A stretch of 64,000 nt of DNA from positions 4,028 to 68,027 of the IMG/VR virus record IMGVR_UViG_3300036851_000400; one strand, 5' to 3'. The notes under the pieces were generated by a model that had not been told where the DNA came from, made no database searches, and was given only the letters and a program-made list of their open reading frames with translations. Source of the DNA: a virus. Positions 18,733 to 28,800 of the stretch are shown piece after piece; the first letter of the stretch is position 1; each line of letters starts with the position of its first letter. A program made the position numbers and the translations under genes.

Positions 18733-19008
18733 ATGAGCGAGAAATCGAAGGCCTTCCAGGACGCGCCGCACTTCTGTCAGAACGGGCATCCACCGATCCG
18801 GCATTGGGATTCAGAACACGAGAGTTGCCCTCTTTGCGTGGGTCTAGGAGAGGCCGAAATGGCCTTACGCGAGTCCATCGCCAAGGGCATCGAGAAGCTT
18901 GCCATGGTGAAGGAAGAGGCCGCCCGAAAGCGCGGTCGCGGCTGGTCGGACCTCGCAATAACCCATCGGGATATTGCCCGCCGGATTCGAGAGGGAGAGT
19001 GGGGATGA
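18733..19008 (+). CDS. Hypothetical protein
   Basis: RBS AAAGGAG; CQNGH...CPLC. Confidence 0.55.
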   Translation: MSEKSKAFQDAPHFCQNGHPPIRHWDSEHESCPLCVGLGEAEMALRESIAKGIEKLAMVKEEAARKRGRGWSDLAITHRDIARRIREGEWG

Positions 19009-19155
19009 GCCCCGGGCGAGGTAGAATAGGGGAGCCATGGCAACCGCGAGGACGAGAGGGCGCCGAGGGGATCTTCACGCAGAATTGACAGATCTTCTGT
19101 GCAAGCTTCGACTCAACCCAATGATTACAAGCATCCGAGGAGAAGGGAGCCTGAG

Positions 19156-19518
19156 ATGCGCTACTCCCCCGGCACCGTCAAACTGGAGAAGCTCTCACTG
19201 GAGGATGCCCCGAGCAGCGTGCGAACCGTCTATCGCGTGCTGTGGAAAGGGTTGGACTTGGGCTACGTCTGGTCGCGGCGCGGATTCTCCTACCGGGGGG
19301 CCCAAGGGTGGAACGCGGGAGTCAGGCTTCGCGACTTCCGCCCCATTGAATGGCGGTATGGCGTGGATCTGCTGATGGGAGGCGCCTATTGCTCAAGCCG
19401 GCGGGTCGGAATCGCAAGACTGATCGAGGCCCGCTTGGCTTTGGCAGCCGCAATTGGCGCAACGCCGGAGGATCTGAGTAGCCAGATCCAGGCTCACCGC
19501 CCCGTAACCGCTCTGTAG
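19156..19518 (+). CDS. Hypothetical protein
   Basis: GGGAG RBS; last + strand gene before the convergent lysis genes. Confidence 0.55.
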   Translation: MRYSPGTVKLEKLSLEDAPSSVRTVYRVLWKGLDLGYVWSRRGFSYRGAQGWNAGVRLRDFRPIEWRYGVDLLMGGAYCSSRRVGIARLIEARLALAAAIGATPEDLSSQIQAHRPVTAL

Positions 19519-19606
19519 AGATCCCTCGCCCCGAGCACCACGACGGTCAGGCCAGCCGCCAGCCCCAGAATGATCGCCAGCGGCTGTCCCCACCAGGGCA
19601 CCCGGA

Positions 19607-20035
19607 TCAAGGCTCCCTCCCCCAGCCGTGCGTCAGCAGAGGAAGATCATGGCCTCCGAGGTAGCCCTGCATCGACACCTCGTTCTTCCGTCCAGGGACC
19701 GGGTAGAGGGTGACGCTCCATCCGGAGGCTCGATCGACCTGGCGGCCGTCGACGCGGATCGTCCACCTTGGCTTCATCTTGGAGGCGTCGAGTCCCTGGC
19801 TCTCGCAGTGGAGGGAGAGGTCCGGCCAGGTCCTGCAAGAGAAACCGTAGAAGCGCTCGCCGGCGCCTGCAACCGTAGCCAGGAGGAGCAGCACCAGTGG
19901 CAAGCACCGCCGCGGCGCTCTCCACCGGCAGGACCGCTCAGCTCGAGCCTTCCGCTCGCGCCGCATCGGTCGCTTACGGAGTTGGCGGTAGCGGACGGCC
20001 AGGGCGCTCCACAGCGGATCCCGGAGCTTGAGCAT
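19607..20035 (-). CDS. Hypothetical exported/membrane protein
   Basis: TGATG overlap with the endolysin stop; hydrophobic LPLVLLLLATVAGA. Confidence 0.45.
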   Translation of the reverse strand: MLKLRDPLWSALAVRYRQLRKRPMRRERKARAERSCRWRAPRRCLPLVLLLLATVAGAGERFYGFSCRTWPDLSLHCESQGLDASKMKPRWTIRVDGRQVDRASGWSVTLYPVPGRKNEVSMQGYLGGHDLPLLTHGWGREP

Positions 20036-20646
20036 CAGGCCACCTGGAGCTCCAGCTCGCCGGTCTCGAAGCGTCGACGCAGCTCCGAGATCGCAAGCCC
20101 CGTCGCAAGCTGGTAGTGCGGCCGATCTTTGAGCGATCGCCAGGAGCCGCCCCATTCGAGGCCTTTGACTCCTACAGAGATCTCGCCGGCGCGGTCGTAG
20201 AGCGGCGATTCCGAGAGGTACCTTCCACCCTGGAAGACGCCGAGGTCCACGGCCAGGCCGAAGTTGTGGAGGCTCTGCCCTGGGCGGGCGTTCGTGACGC
20301 GGGGTCCTGGACGGCCATCCCGTCCCTGTCGGTAGAGGGCGTCCTGCTCGGCATAGGAGCGGGTTCCAGAGATGACCCTTGCGTCGATGCCGGCGGCGTC
20401 CAGCCGCTCGAGCAGCTCGCGTACCAGCTCCTGCAGCCTGGGCACGACACCGTAGAGGAGGCGCTCGGTGCGGCCGTCGAGCTGGCCGTACCGGGATCTC
20501 GCAGCGCTGTATGCGGCCTCCCAATCCCTGGAGGCCCTCTCGGTTCGCGGTCCCCATATACCATCGAGCTTGCCGGCGTAGAACCCGGCGCACCGGTAGA
20601 GGCGCTGCCAGTGGAGGATCTCGGCTTGCGTGAGGGGAGCGCTCAC
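20035..20646 (-). CDS. Endolysin: peptidoglycan-binding domain plus M15 (L-Ala-D-Glu-type) peptidase
   Basis: LDGIWGPRT; RSYAEQDALY.QGR...VTNARPGQSLHNFGLAVD...EWGGSW...DRPHYQ. Confidence 0.92.
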   Translation of the reverse strand: MSAPLTQAEILHWQRLYRCAGFYAGKLDGIWGPRTERASRDWEAAYSAARSRYGQLDGRTERLLYGVVPRLQELVRELLERLDAAGIDARVISGTRSYAEQDALYRQGRDGRPGPRVTNARPGQSLHNFGLAVDLGVFQGGRYLSESPLYDRAGEISVGVKGLEWGGSWRSLKDRPHYQLATGLAISELRRRFETGELELQVA

Positions 20647-20855
20647 CGATCCTCCGCCCACTCCGGGATTGGCACCGTCTGACCCGCCAGGGCGTGGGCG
20701 GCCGTCAGCTCCATCATTCGTATCGCTCTTCAACGCCGTCGAGCTTCTTTACCCGCGCCTGCAACTCCCGCAGGAGGCTGAACAGACGTGCGACCTGTTC
20801 CTCCAAAACCGCAAGGCGCTTTTCCGTCATTTCCTTCGCCACGGTCGGCCTCCCT

Positions 20856-21161
20856 CTACGAGCTGGTGAACCACTTCGGAATGCGCGGCGGCGGATACCG
20901 GCCGTCCAGCACCTTACGGCATGTACGCGAGCAAGCGAAGATGTGATCCGTGCGCCTCGGTAGCTCATTCGTGGGAACGATGTCCCGGCAAGTCCAACCC
21001 TTGGGCATCGCGTGATGCGATCGCCAGCGGACGGAGACCGTTTCGCTCCCCCCGCACGATGTGCAGTAGTAGGTGATATCAACGCGGCCTACGGCCGGCA
21101 CTTCAAGGCTCGCATTGCGCTCGTCTCCACATCCCTGCGGCAGAAAATTAGGCTCTACCAT
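20856..21161 (-). CDS. Cys-rich hypothetical protein
   Basis: CTSCG...FACSRTC. Confidence 0.4.
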   Translation of the reverse strand: MVEPNFLPQGCGDERNASLEVPAVGRVDITYYCTSCGGSETVSVRWRSHHAMPKGWTCRDIVPTNELPRRTDHIFACSRTCRKVLDGRYPPPRIPKWFTSS

Positions 21162-21211
21162 TGCGCGACCTCCGTTTCCTGTTCACTGCTGTTCAAGCCT
21201 CCTCCGATCCC

Positions 21212-22177
21212 TCACCCCTCTGCCCTCGCAAAGCTCTCTTTGAGGGCCGGCAGATCCACCCGCACGGCGGTCTCATGGTCGGCCGCCAGCGGCGCCTCTC
21301 CCCAGAGAATCTTGCCCCCTCTGAAGCCTGCTAGGAGCGCTGGCTGGTTCTGTTCCCGGAGACCATCGGGCACGTCATACCAGGCCACATGTCCATCCTG
21401 GAACCTCCGGACGTGGAGGGGATAGGGAAGTGGGGGCGTCCAGTCTGAGGGGGGGCGGAGCGCCTGCACCTCGGCCGGCTCGAGCTCCCGGAGCAGCAAT
21501 GCCCCGAGGTAGTAGCGGTCCTGCCAGAGGCTCTTCCCGGCCGGGGGCGCCGGCTCTCCGAAGATCAGCCGGGCGCATACGTCCCGGCAAGCATTGGAGA
21601 GAACCGGAGGATCGCCCTTGCTTTTCGCCTTGGCCGACTCCCAGGCCCTCCAGCCCGGCATGATGGCGTAGGGGGTCCACCACTGGCCCCCCTGCCCCTG
21701 TCGCGTCTCAGAGGGCGGCAGACGGCAGAGCTCGGCCAGTCTCGTCTCGCTCCACCACCAGCGTTGTAGCACCGGATAGAGCCGGTCGTACCACGGCCCG
21801 GACACGGACCTGCGGCCGCTCAGCAACGCCCAGAGCGCGAGTGCTGCCCAAGCGACATGCAGTTGGCCGTGCGTTCCGCTGCCGGTCTCTATGGCGCCGC
21901 CGCGTTGGCAGCAGTGACCGACCGCCTCCTGCTCCTCTAGGAAATCGAGAAGATCGGCGGCCGCTCCTGTGATGCCGACTGCATCAAACAACAGGGCGGC
22001 CGCGAACCGGATGCTCAGCTTCAGCCCCCGCTTGTTGGGGGTATTGCCGCCGTCGGGCGCGTCCAGGCGGAAGGAGATCGCCGGCAGGGACTTCCTCGGC
22101 GACCGCCAGGCGCTGGCCACGGCGGCAGCATCCTGCATGAGGCGATGGGCTTCGCGCTGGTCAGGCGGATCAGTCAT
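21212..22177 (-). CDS. Hypothetical protein
   Basis: 321-aa ORF with GGAGGAG RBS. Confidence 0.65.
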   Translation of the reverse strand: MTDPPDQREAHRLMQDAAAVASAWRSPRKSLPAISFRLDAPDGGNTPNKRGLKLSIRFAAALLFDAVGITGAAADLLDFLEEQEAVGHCCQRGGAIETGSGTHGQLHVAWAALALWALLSGRRSVSGPWYDRLYPVLQRWWWSETRLAELCRLPPSETRQGQGGQWWTPYAIMPGWRAWESAKAKSKGDPPVLSNACRDVCARLIFGEPAPPAGKSLWQDRYYLGALLLRELEPAEVQALRPPSDWTPPLPYPLHVRRFQDGHVAWYDVPDGLREQNQPALLAGFRGGKILWGEAPLAADHETAVRVDLPALKESFARAEG

Positions 22178-22562
22178 TGCGGTTCTCCTCCGGTTTGGCG
22201 AAGGTGGTGTTCGGCCGGATCGTTTCGAGGTAGCGGACGAGCTCGCCGTCGCGCCTCAGCTCGGCCAAGCTGAGGGCCTGCGCATGAAGGACCGGATACA
22301 TCCGATCGTGCAGGTGGCGCCGACTCTCCCGGGCCTCGTGCAAGTCCGCCTCTACGGCGGCTTTCAACTCCACGAATTGCGGCTCCAGATCTTTGCCGCT
22401 CCCGTTGCCGCGGAGCGAGGCGATGATGGCCGGCAGATACTTGAGCGTTATGGCTAAGAAGGAAAGGAAGGCGATCCCCATGATGACGGAGGGCGTCTCC
22501 ACCTTGCCGACCGCCGGCAGTTGCAGGACCCAGGTGAGCGACCGGATGACGGCTTCGTGCAT
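22170..22562 (-). CDS. Membrane protein (holin-like)
   Basis: TM segment VIMGIAFLSFLAITL in the lysis region. Confidence 0.55.
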   Translation of the reverse strand: MHEAVIRSLTWVLQLPAVGKVETPSVIMGIAFLSFLAITLKYLPAIIASLRGNGSGKDLEPQFVELKAAVEADLHEARESRRHLHDRMYPVLHAQALSLAELRRDGELVRYLETIRPNTTFAKPEENRND

Positions 22563-22592
22563 GAACGCCTTGTCCCCTCTCTTCCAACGCCC

Positions 22593-23000
22593 TCAGCCTC
22601 CGAATTTCATCGCCAGCGCGATGAGCCCGGCTATCAGGCCATCTGCTCCGATGAGGTATCCCCATCCGGCGTTGAGCCCGGAGCCGCGACCTTCCTGCCG
22701 GTCAATCCTCGAAGCGAGTTCCTTGATCTGTTCCGTCAGGGCGGAGATCCTGCTGTCCGCCTCGGCTCGCGGCATCAACAGCCGCGCCTGGTCAGCCAGG
22801 GAACCCCGGAACTCATTCATCCCCTCAAGGCGCTTCTCGACGGCGGTCTCTGCCTTCTCCACCGCTCGCTGGGCGCCGTTCAGGGCCGTCTGAGTTGCCT
22901 TCTCCATGGCCGTAAAACGGACCTCGTTCTTGTCGCGCTCGGCATCCATGAGCGCGGTAAGGTGTAGCCGCAGGGTCTCTAGGGTCCATTCGTCAGCCAT
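22593..23000 (-). CDS. Coiled-coil protein with C-terminal TM
   Basis: Heptad repeats, then GWGYLIGA.GLIAGLIALA. Confidence 0.6.
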   Translation of the reverse strand: MADEWTLETLRLHLTALMDAERDKNEVRFTAMEKATQTALNGAQRAVEKAETAVEKRLEGMNEFRGSLADQARLLMPRAEADSRISALTEQIKELASRIDRQEGRGSGLNAGWGYLIGADGLIAGLIALAMKFGG

Positions 23001-23033
23001 GAGGCCACCCCTTGGGAACGCCCCCCCCAGATG

Positions 23034-23071
23034 AAAAAGGCGGCGGCCGAGGGGCAGGCCTCGGCGCCGCC
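23034..23071 (-). terminator. Intrinsic terminator
   Basis: Minus strand GGCGGCGCCGAGG-loop-CCTCGGCCGCCGCC-TTTTT. Confidence 0.7.
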
Positions 23072-23219
23072 AGCCGACCGAACAGGCCAAGAAGGAGCAA
23101 GACCCCGCCGGCCGGCTCCAGGATCGTTCATCGTTCCTTCCAAAGTTTCCCGAGAAAAAGGAGCGGTGGCCTGGGGTGCGCCACCGCTGCCAGAAAGGAG
23201 GCTGGGTGCGGCCACAGAT

Positions 23220-23519
23220 CTACCCCCCGCCCTTCCGGCTCCGGCGTGGCCGCGGAACCGGCTCCGGCAATCTCAGGCGTTTCTGATCATGCCGCTGCGC
23301 CGCTTTCGTCCCTTCCAGTGGCTCCCCCGTCGCCATCCGCAGGCCGACATTGCCCACTCCCAAGCCTGCCAGGACCGCCAAGAGGATCTTCACCAGTACG
23401 GGATTGAGTCCCGCCGTGATGTCTGGATCGGTGAGGACGGCCAGCAGCACTCCGCCGGCGAGCGTCGCCAGGGATCCATTGAGCCAGAGCGTCCGGGAGC
23501 GGGCCTTGCGCTTCGGCAT
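23220..23519 (-). CDS. Holin-like protein (2 TM)
   Basis: RSRTLWLNG...two hydrophobic helices...NVGLRMAT, basic tail. Confidence 0.6.
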   Translation of the reverse strand: MPKRKARSRTLWLNGSLATLAGGVLLAVLTDPDITAGLNPVLVKILLAVLAGLGVGNVGLRMATGEPLEGTKAAQRHDQKRLRLPEPVPRPRRSRKGGG

Positions 23520-23521
23520 CT

Positions 23522-23791
23522 TCAGCTCCCGGTGCGAACGTACTCTTCGATCTCGCTGGCGACGGCGGCAAGCGACTCCGCATGCTGCTCAAAGGCTGTA
23601 CCGAGCGCTCCCGTCAGTTTGAGGAACCGGTCCCGCTGCTCGTAGGTCGGCTGCTCGTTCTGCAAGTACACGTTCATCGAGTTCTGCATGCAGTCGAGCG
23701 CCTTGTCTAGAGCCGCTTGAGCTTTCGCGAGCCGAGCCTTCAGCGCCGCTCGGTTGTCGTGGATCTCCTTCGCACAGGGAAGTCCGCCCAT
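23522..23791 (-). CDS. Hypothetical helical protein
   Basis: AAAGGAGGAG RBS. Confidence 0.55.
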   Translation of the reverse strand: MGGLPCAKEIHDNRAALKARLAKAQAALDKALDCMQNSMNVYLQNEQPTYEQRDRFLKLTGALGTAFEQHAESLAAVASEIEEYVRTGS

Positions 23792-23793
23792 GG

Positions 23794-24153
23794 CTACTCC
23801 TCCTTTCGGGACCTCACGCGGAGGTATCCCCAATCGTCAAGGATTTCCCGGACCTTGGCGCGGACTTTCTCGTCAAAGCCGGTTTCGATCTTCTCGTTCT
23901 TGAGCTTCAGGACCTCGTTCTGCTGCCAGAGTTTCATGTTCTCGCCCTGGAGATAGCGGACATCGCTCTGTAGGGTGGCGGCCCACCAGATGCCGCCGGC
24001 GAGTTGACCGATGAGGTAGATGACCAGGGTGACTACGACGCCAAGCGGCACCTGCACGCGCGGTGCAGCTGGAGCCGGCAGATCATCCCACCGCCTCCGC
24101 TGAAAGCCGCCCGTCCCGTCTAGATCGCGCTCCCGCTCGCCTTCGCCGCTCAT
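23794..24153 (-). CDS. Membrane protein (holin-like)
   Basis: VPLGVVVTLVIYLIGQLAGGIWWAA followed by a coiled coil. Confidence 0.6.
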   Translation of the reverse strand: MSGEGERERDLDGTGGFQRRRWDDLPAPAAPRVQVPLGVVVTLVIYLIGQLAGGIWWAATLQSDVRYLQGENMKLWQQNEVLKLKNEKIETGFDEKVRAKVREILDDWGYLRVRSRKEE

Positions 24154-24262
24154 GAGGAGCCAAGACTGCGGGAGGCGATGCCACCACGGCCGGCGCGGGG
24201 CGTCCGCTACGGCCACCGGATCCCCAATGGCTGGAGAAGGATGGAGAGGGCGCGCGAGCGGG

Positions 24263-24439
24263 CTACTTCTTGGGGCGGGACTCTCGCTCGAGGAAGCGCG
24301 CCACGGCTTCGCGGTAGAGCTCGGATTCCGATGCTCGGCGCTGCGCAGCGAGGGCGGCCATGGCGTCGCGATCCTCTGGAGGGAGATAGAAGACCGTCCG
24401 CACCAGGCCTTCCGCCTTGGCCGGTTTCTTGGAGACCAT
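24263..24439 (-). CDS. Small ribbon-helix-helix (CopG-like) regulator, 58 aa, below the ORF-track cut-off
   Basis: Manual translation MVSKKPAKAEGLVRTVFYLPPEDRDAMAALAAQRRASESELYREAVARFLERESRPKK; TAGACT -10 box 6 nt upstream. Confidence 0.7.
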   Translation of the reverse strand: MVSKKPAKAEGLVRTVFYLPPEDRDAMAALAAQRRASESELYREAVARFLERESRPKK

Positions 24440-24716
24440 GCCGGGAGTCTACCGTCAGTGAGGTGTGCACATGTGCATGGTGCCTGAGAAGAGCCACCCG
24501 CACAAGGGCTGGGCGTTCCACAGCTACGCCACTCCCTCATGGTGGAGACGCTCCAAGGCCAAGCCGGTGCTCCTCACCTCTTACTCCTCCACTCCAGGAG
24601 ATCCGAGGACAACCAAGCCACGATCATCACCGGCGCACAGAGGGCAAGGCCCAGGTACCGCAACGCCTTCTCGGGCCATCGGGCCGGCAGCCCCTCCTCA
24701 GCTACCAGACGGTCGC

Positions 24717-25868
24717 TCATAGTCCCCCGGCCGGACAGATGTAGACAGCGCACGCCGCCCGGATGGCTCGCCCTGCGCGAGCCCGTTGACCGGCACCCCG
24801 AGCCCGCGCCCGCTCTTCTCTCAGGATCGCAGCGAGCTCAGCCGGCAAGGGAGCTCTCACCTGGGGCCTACAGAGCGCCAGGCTCGCCTTGCAGCCGTCC
24901 CGCTCGACGGTGAGCGCCTTGACTTCGATGTTTCTGGCCGCCAGGGATCGGCTGGCGTTGGACAACTTGCCCTCGACCTCCCGGAGCGAGCTCAGAACGA
25001 CGACGGATTCGCGGTCGCAGGCCGCCGCTCGAGCGCCACAACCGGCGAGCTCGCCCTGGATGGGAGCCATGAATGGAGCGCACGCGGCCGCGTCGACGGC
25101 CGGGCACTGCGGAGCCGGCGGCGCTTCCGGGGCCGGGCATGGCGCCTCGCAATCCTCAGGGCATCGGCCTCCGGTGACCCTGCCTCCCTCGCAGATCTTG
25201 TCTGCGGCGTGGCAGAGGCCATCGCAGGCAGGATTCCCCGGCGTCACCGGTCGCGGACAGTCCACCGGGCACGTCTCCCAGGACTCTCCGGCCTCACAGC
25301 CTCCCTGGCCGCAGACAGGCCCCTCCCTCCCGACCTTCCTCCAGTACTCCGCCTCCAGGCTTTTAAGGAGCGTCGGATGGTACCAAGTATCCAGATGCTC
25401 GATGCTGCCGAAAACCAGCGGCCTTCCATAGACCACCTGCCAGTACATATCCGGGAAGGATTCGGCGTCCCTCCCGTGCCAGTAGTATTGCGAGAGGCCA
25501 CGCCCGTACCGATGGTAGAGGTTCGCGAAGTAAGTGTGCGTAGCGTTCGCCGGATCATAAGGGACCCAGTAGTAGCCTGCGTCGCTGCCGCCGACGAACA
25601 TGATCTCCCAGCAGTTGCCGCCGCCTTGACGCAGGGCTCCGGCGTCGAGAGGCTTCGGCACCGTGGCGAGCGAGGCCTCCGCGTTGCTCCTGAATTTCGG
25701 CGTGAAGGGTGTCCACGACATGCCGGGAGTCGCCACAGAGGTAGGCGGCCATAGTCCCGGGCTCGGATCTTGTGTGACGCAGGGCGCCGCGACCGCTGCG
25801 CTGCCGACGAACAGCAGGGCTGGCATGAAGAAACGGATGAGGGCAAAGGATCTTCGCTCAGTGAACAT
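24717..25868 (-). CDS. Secreted Cys-rich protein with coiled-coil C-terminus
   Basis: Signal-peptide-like N-terminus; [19 protein letters not shown] repeat type. Confidence 0.6.
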   Translation of the reverse strand: MFTERRSFALIRFFMPALLFVGSAAVAAPCVTQDPSPGLWPPTSVATPGMSWTPFTPKFRSNAEASLATVPKPLDAGALRQGGGNCWEIMFVGGSDAGYYWVPYDPANATHTYFANLYHRYGRGLSQYYWHGRDAESFPDMYWQVVYGRPLVFGSIEHLDTWYHPTLLKSLEAEYWRKVGREGPVCGQGGCEAGESWETCPVDCPRPVTPGNPACDGLCHAADKICEGGRVTGGRCPEDCEAPCPAPEAPPAPQCPAVDAAACAPFMAPIQGELAGCGARAAACDRESVVVLSSLREVEGKLSNASRSLAARNIEVKALTVERDGCKASLALCRPQVRAPLPAELAAILREERARARGAGQRARAGRAIRAACAVYICPAGGL

Positions 25869-28800
25869 ATTCAGCCTGTGCCTCCTCTATGCGCTTTTGA
25901 TTGAGATCCAACCAGTGCTCGAGAAGCGCTTGGTGGTCACCGTCGATGAGGCGCTGCGCTTCCTTCTTCCCGACCTGGGCCTCGCGTAGCGCCGCCTTGA
26001 TCTGGTCATCGGTAAGCCCGAGAGTCCGTGCCGCCTGAATGTCGCCGTCCATCTGCAATAGAAGTTCCTTGATGCGGATAGTAGCTTTTTCTTCAGATCT
26101 CGCCAAATCCGAGGAGGAAACCTTTCGCTTCTTTGCAGGCGCGGCCTCCAGCTTGCGAGCGTGGTCGATGGCGTCCTTAAAGACGTATGCCTTGAAGGTA
26201 ATGGCCCGATCCAGTTTGTAAGTGGAGACGCGCGGGCCAGCCACCGCCATCGCTTCCTGCCAGAGGACACGCCGCTGGCCCTCGGGAAGCTGCTCGGACT
26301 TCAGAGCATCGTAAATCTTCTGAGCGGTGAGGACAGTCCCCGGACCGCCTACTTTCCAGAGGTACTTTGCCTTGTCAATCTGGCGCGGAAGCCAGAAGTC
26401 CTGCGGATTGTAAATCTCGCTCCCGGTCGGCTTCTTGTTCTCCTTGATGTCCAGGAGGGCACCAACCAAGATCTCCTCGCCGACTGGAGTCATCAGTTCC
26501 TTCCATGCGCCGTCGGGATCGCCGCGCAGGGCCGTCAACACTGGATCCTTGATCTGGGCGAAGGTGTCCATGAACGAGAGATCCACTACCATGATCTCGC
26601 CGTTGCCCTTGTTGCGGGCGATGATGGTGCCGTTCTTCGTCCAGGGAGGCAGGAAGTGGCGCGTCGCTTCCTCTTCCTCGTCGTCCGTATTCCACAACCA
26701 ATGCCCGAGCATGGCGATGATCGTAGGGATGGAATAGGCGACGGCGAGGCCGAGAAGCTTCCGGCGACCCAGGTTCTCGAGTGCCTTGTTGCCCGTGGTG
26801 CGCCCCTCCCGCACTTCCTGGACGCCGATGATCGCCGCGTTCTTAGTGTTGCGGACGATCTCCTCGGTGAAGGACAGGAACGGCGCGATCAGCGGGAACC
26901 GACCGGAGAGCGCCTGGACGCCACGCGGGACCTGCGAATAATTCTGCATCGTGTCACGCAGAACGGACGCGAGCTTCGCCTTGACTTCGGCCTCCGAGCG
27001 ATTCGGATACGCTTTGTGGTACTCGGGAAGCAAGGACTCGAAAACGTAGGCTTTCGAAAAGTTGTCAGGTGCTTGGTAAAACTCCTGGAAGCCTCGCACG
27101 ACGCGGGCGCCCGTGCGGCCGGCACCAACCATCTGACCTCGAAAGATCTGTGCCTCGCGTTCCTGCCGCTTGAGGTCGCCAAGGTCGGTTCCTTGGTCAA
27201 AAAGACCGAGGCGCTGATACTCCTCGACGCGATCCATCATCTGGCGGTCGGTATTGCCGAAGACGCGCGGGTACGACACCCTACCGGCCTGGATGAACTG
27301 CTTCGGGTTTACGGGATTGGCCCCTTGCATGGTGACGTAGAGGAAGTTCGAAATGAAATTCCGCATCGTCGCCTGGATGCTCCCTACGGTTTTGAACGCC
27401 TTCACAGAATAGTTGGCTGCCATGTAGTACCGGAGCCACGCCGGGAAGGACTCGTGCTCGAAAATCCGCTGAAGCTCCTGATTGATCTCGGCCGTCGCGT
27501 AGAGGCCGCCGAGGGGATCGGCCTTCTTCGTGCTCTCAGTCGCCTTCGTCCGACCGTGGCTGCGCTTGACGACGAGTCGATCCAGGCCCGGCGGCTCCCC
27601 GATCTCGGGCTGGACGCCCGTCGCTTTCTCGATCGCCTTCGCGTACATGCCGGGGTCGATCTGCTTCTTCGTCGCCTCGCCAGACGGCAGGACATCGGGG
27701 CGAGCGGTGAGGACGCCGAGCCGCCGGCCGGTCTTGGAGAACTCATCCAGGAACTTCTGCTGTTCGAGGAGCGTCGCCATTTTGGTGGCGGTGGTGAAGA
27801 AGTTCGAACCGGCCTCCCGTACCTCGCCGAGCAACAGGCGCCGGAAGTCGTCCTGGTCGGTACGCTCGCGAAGGATCGAGAGATCTTTCGCGCCCTCGGG
27901 CGTACCGCCCGGTAAGATCGCCCTTCCCGGCCCGCCGGCCCGGTCGATGTATGCCTCCAAGATGCCCCAGATCTCGGAGTCTGGCTTGTTGGGAAACTTC
28001 GCCTTGGTGAGTTCGAACGCGCGATTCCAAAGCGGCTGCCGCTTGGTTCGTTCCGCCCACTTCTCATTGCGGACGGCCTCGTATTGGCGGTGAACATAGA
28101 GCCCAAAACTGCGCTCCAACTCGCGGGCTACGGCGTCATCGAGGAGTCCAGCGCGCCGCAGCGAACGAGTGAGGGCATCGGTATGCTGGCGCATCTCCCG
28201 GATGATCGGGATGAACTGCGGCGCCTCGCGCAGACCGGCCACCGCTTCCGGCACAACGGCACGCTCCACTTCCTGGCGCACCACCTCTTCCGAGAGCCCC
28301 CGCTGGCGAGCAATCCGCTGGATCTGCACCTCATCGAGCGCTTCTCCGCCAGTGCGCAGGTTTATGCCGCGGTAGGCATCATCCAGGTAGCGGGCGAGCT
28401 GCTCGCGAGTGAGCGGCCCGCGATAGCGCCGCATCTGATGAGCGAGGTCGCGGGCGAGGGCGTCAACGCGATTGAGCCGAGCGGCAATTCTGCCATCCCG
28501 CGCCACCTTCGTCTCGAAGAGCGCCTTGGGGAGCGCGCCAGCACTCGCGAAGTAGCGGCGCAGCCAGCGGCGCACCGGCCCACTGCTCGGCGACGTTGGC
28601 ACCGCTAGTGAGCCAGCTTCTCCCTGGCGGGCGATGATGCGGCCGGGAAGCGCTCGGTCGCTGTTTCCGAAGAGATCTCCCTGTCCGGCCTTGTCGCGCG
28701 TCTGGACGGCCTCTCGGATGAGATCGAGCCGCGATGGCGCCTCGGAAGCACCGAGCAGATTGGTCTGCCGGGGATCGCCCGCGCCCTCCGCGAGGTCCAC

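Noticed and set aside
19085-19113. Sigma70 promoter at TTGACA
   Set aside because: Perfect -35 but no convincing -10 at 16-18 nt spacing
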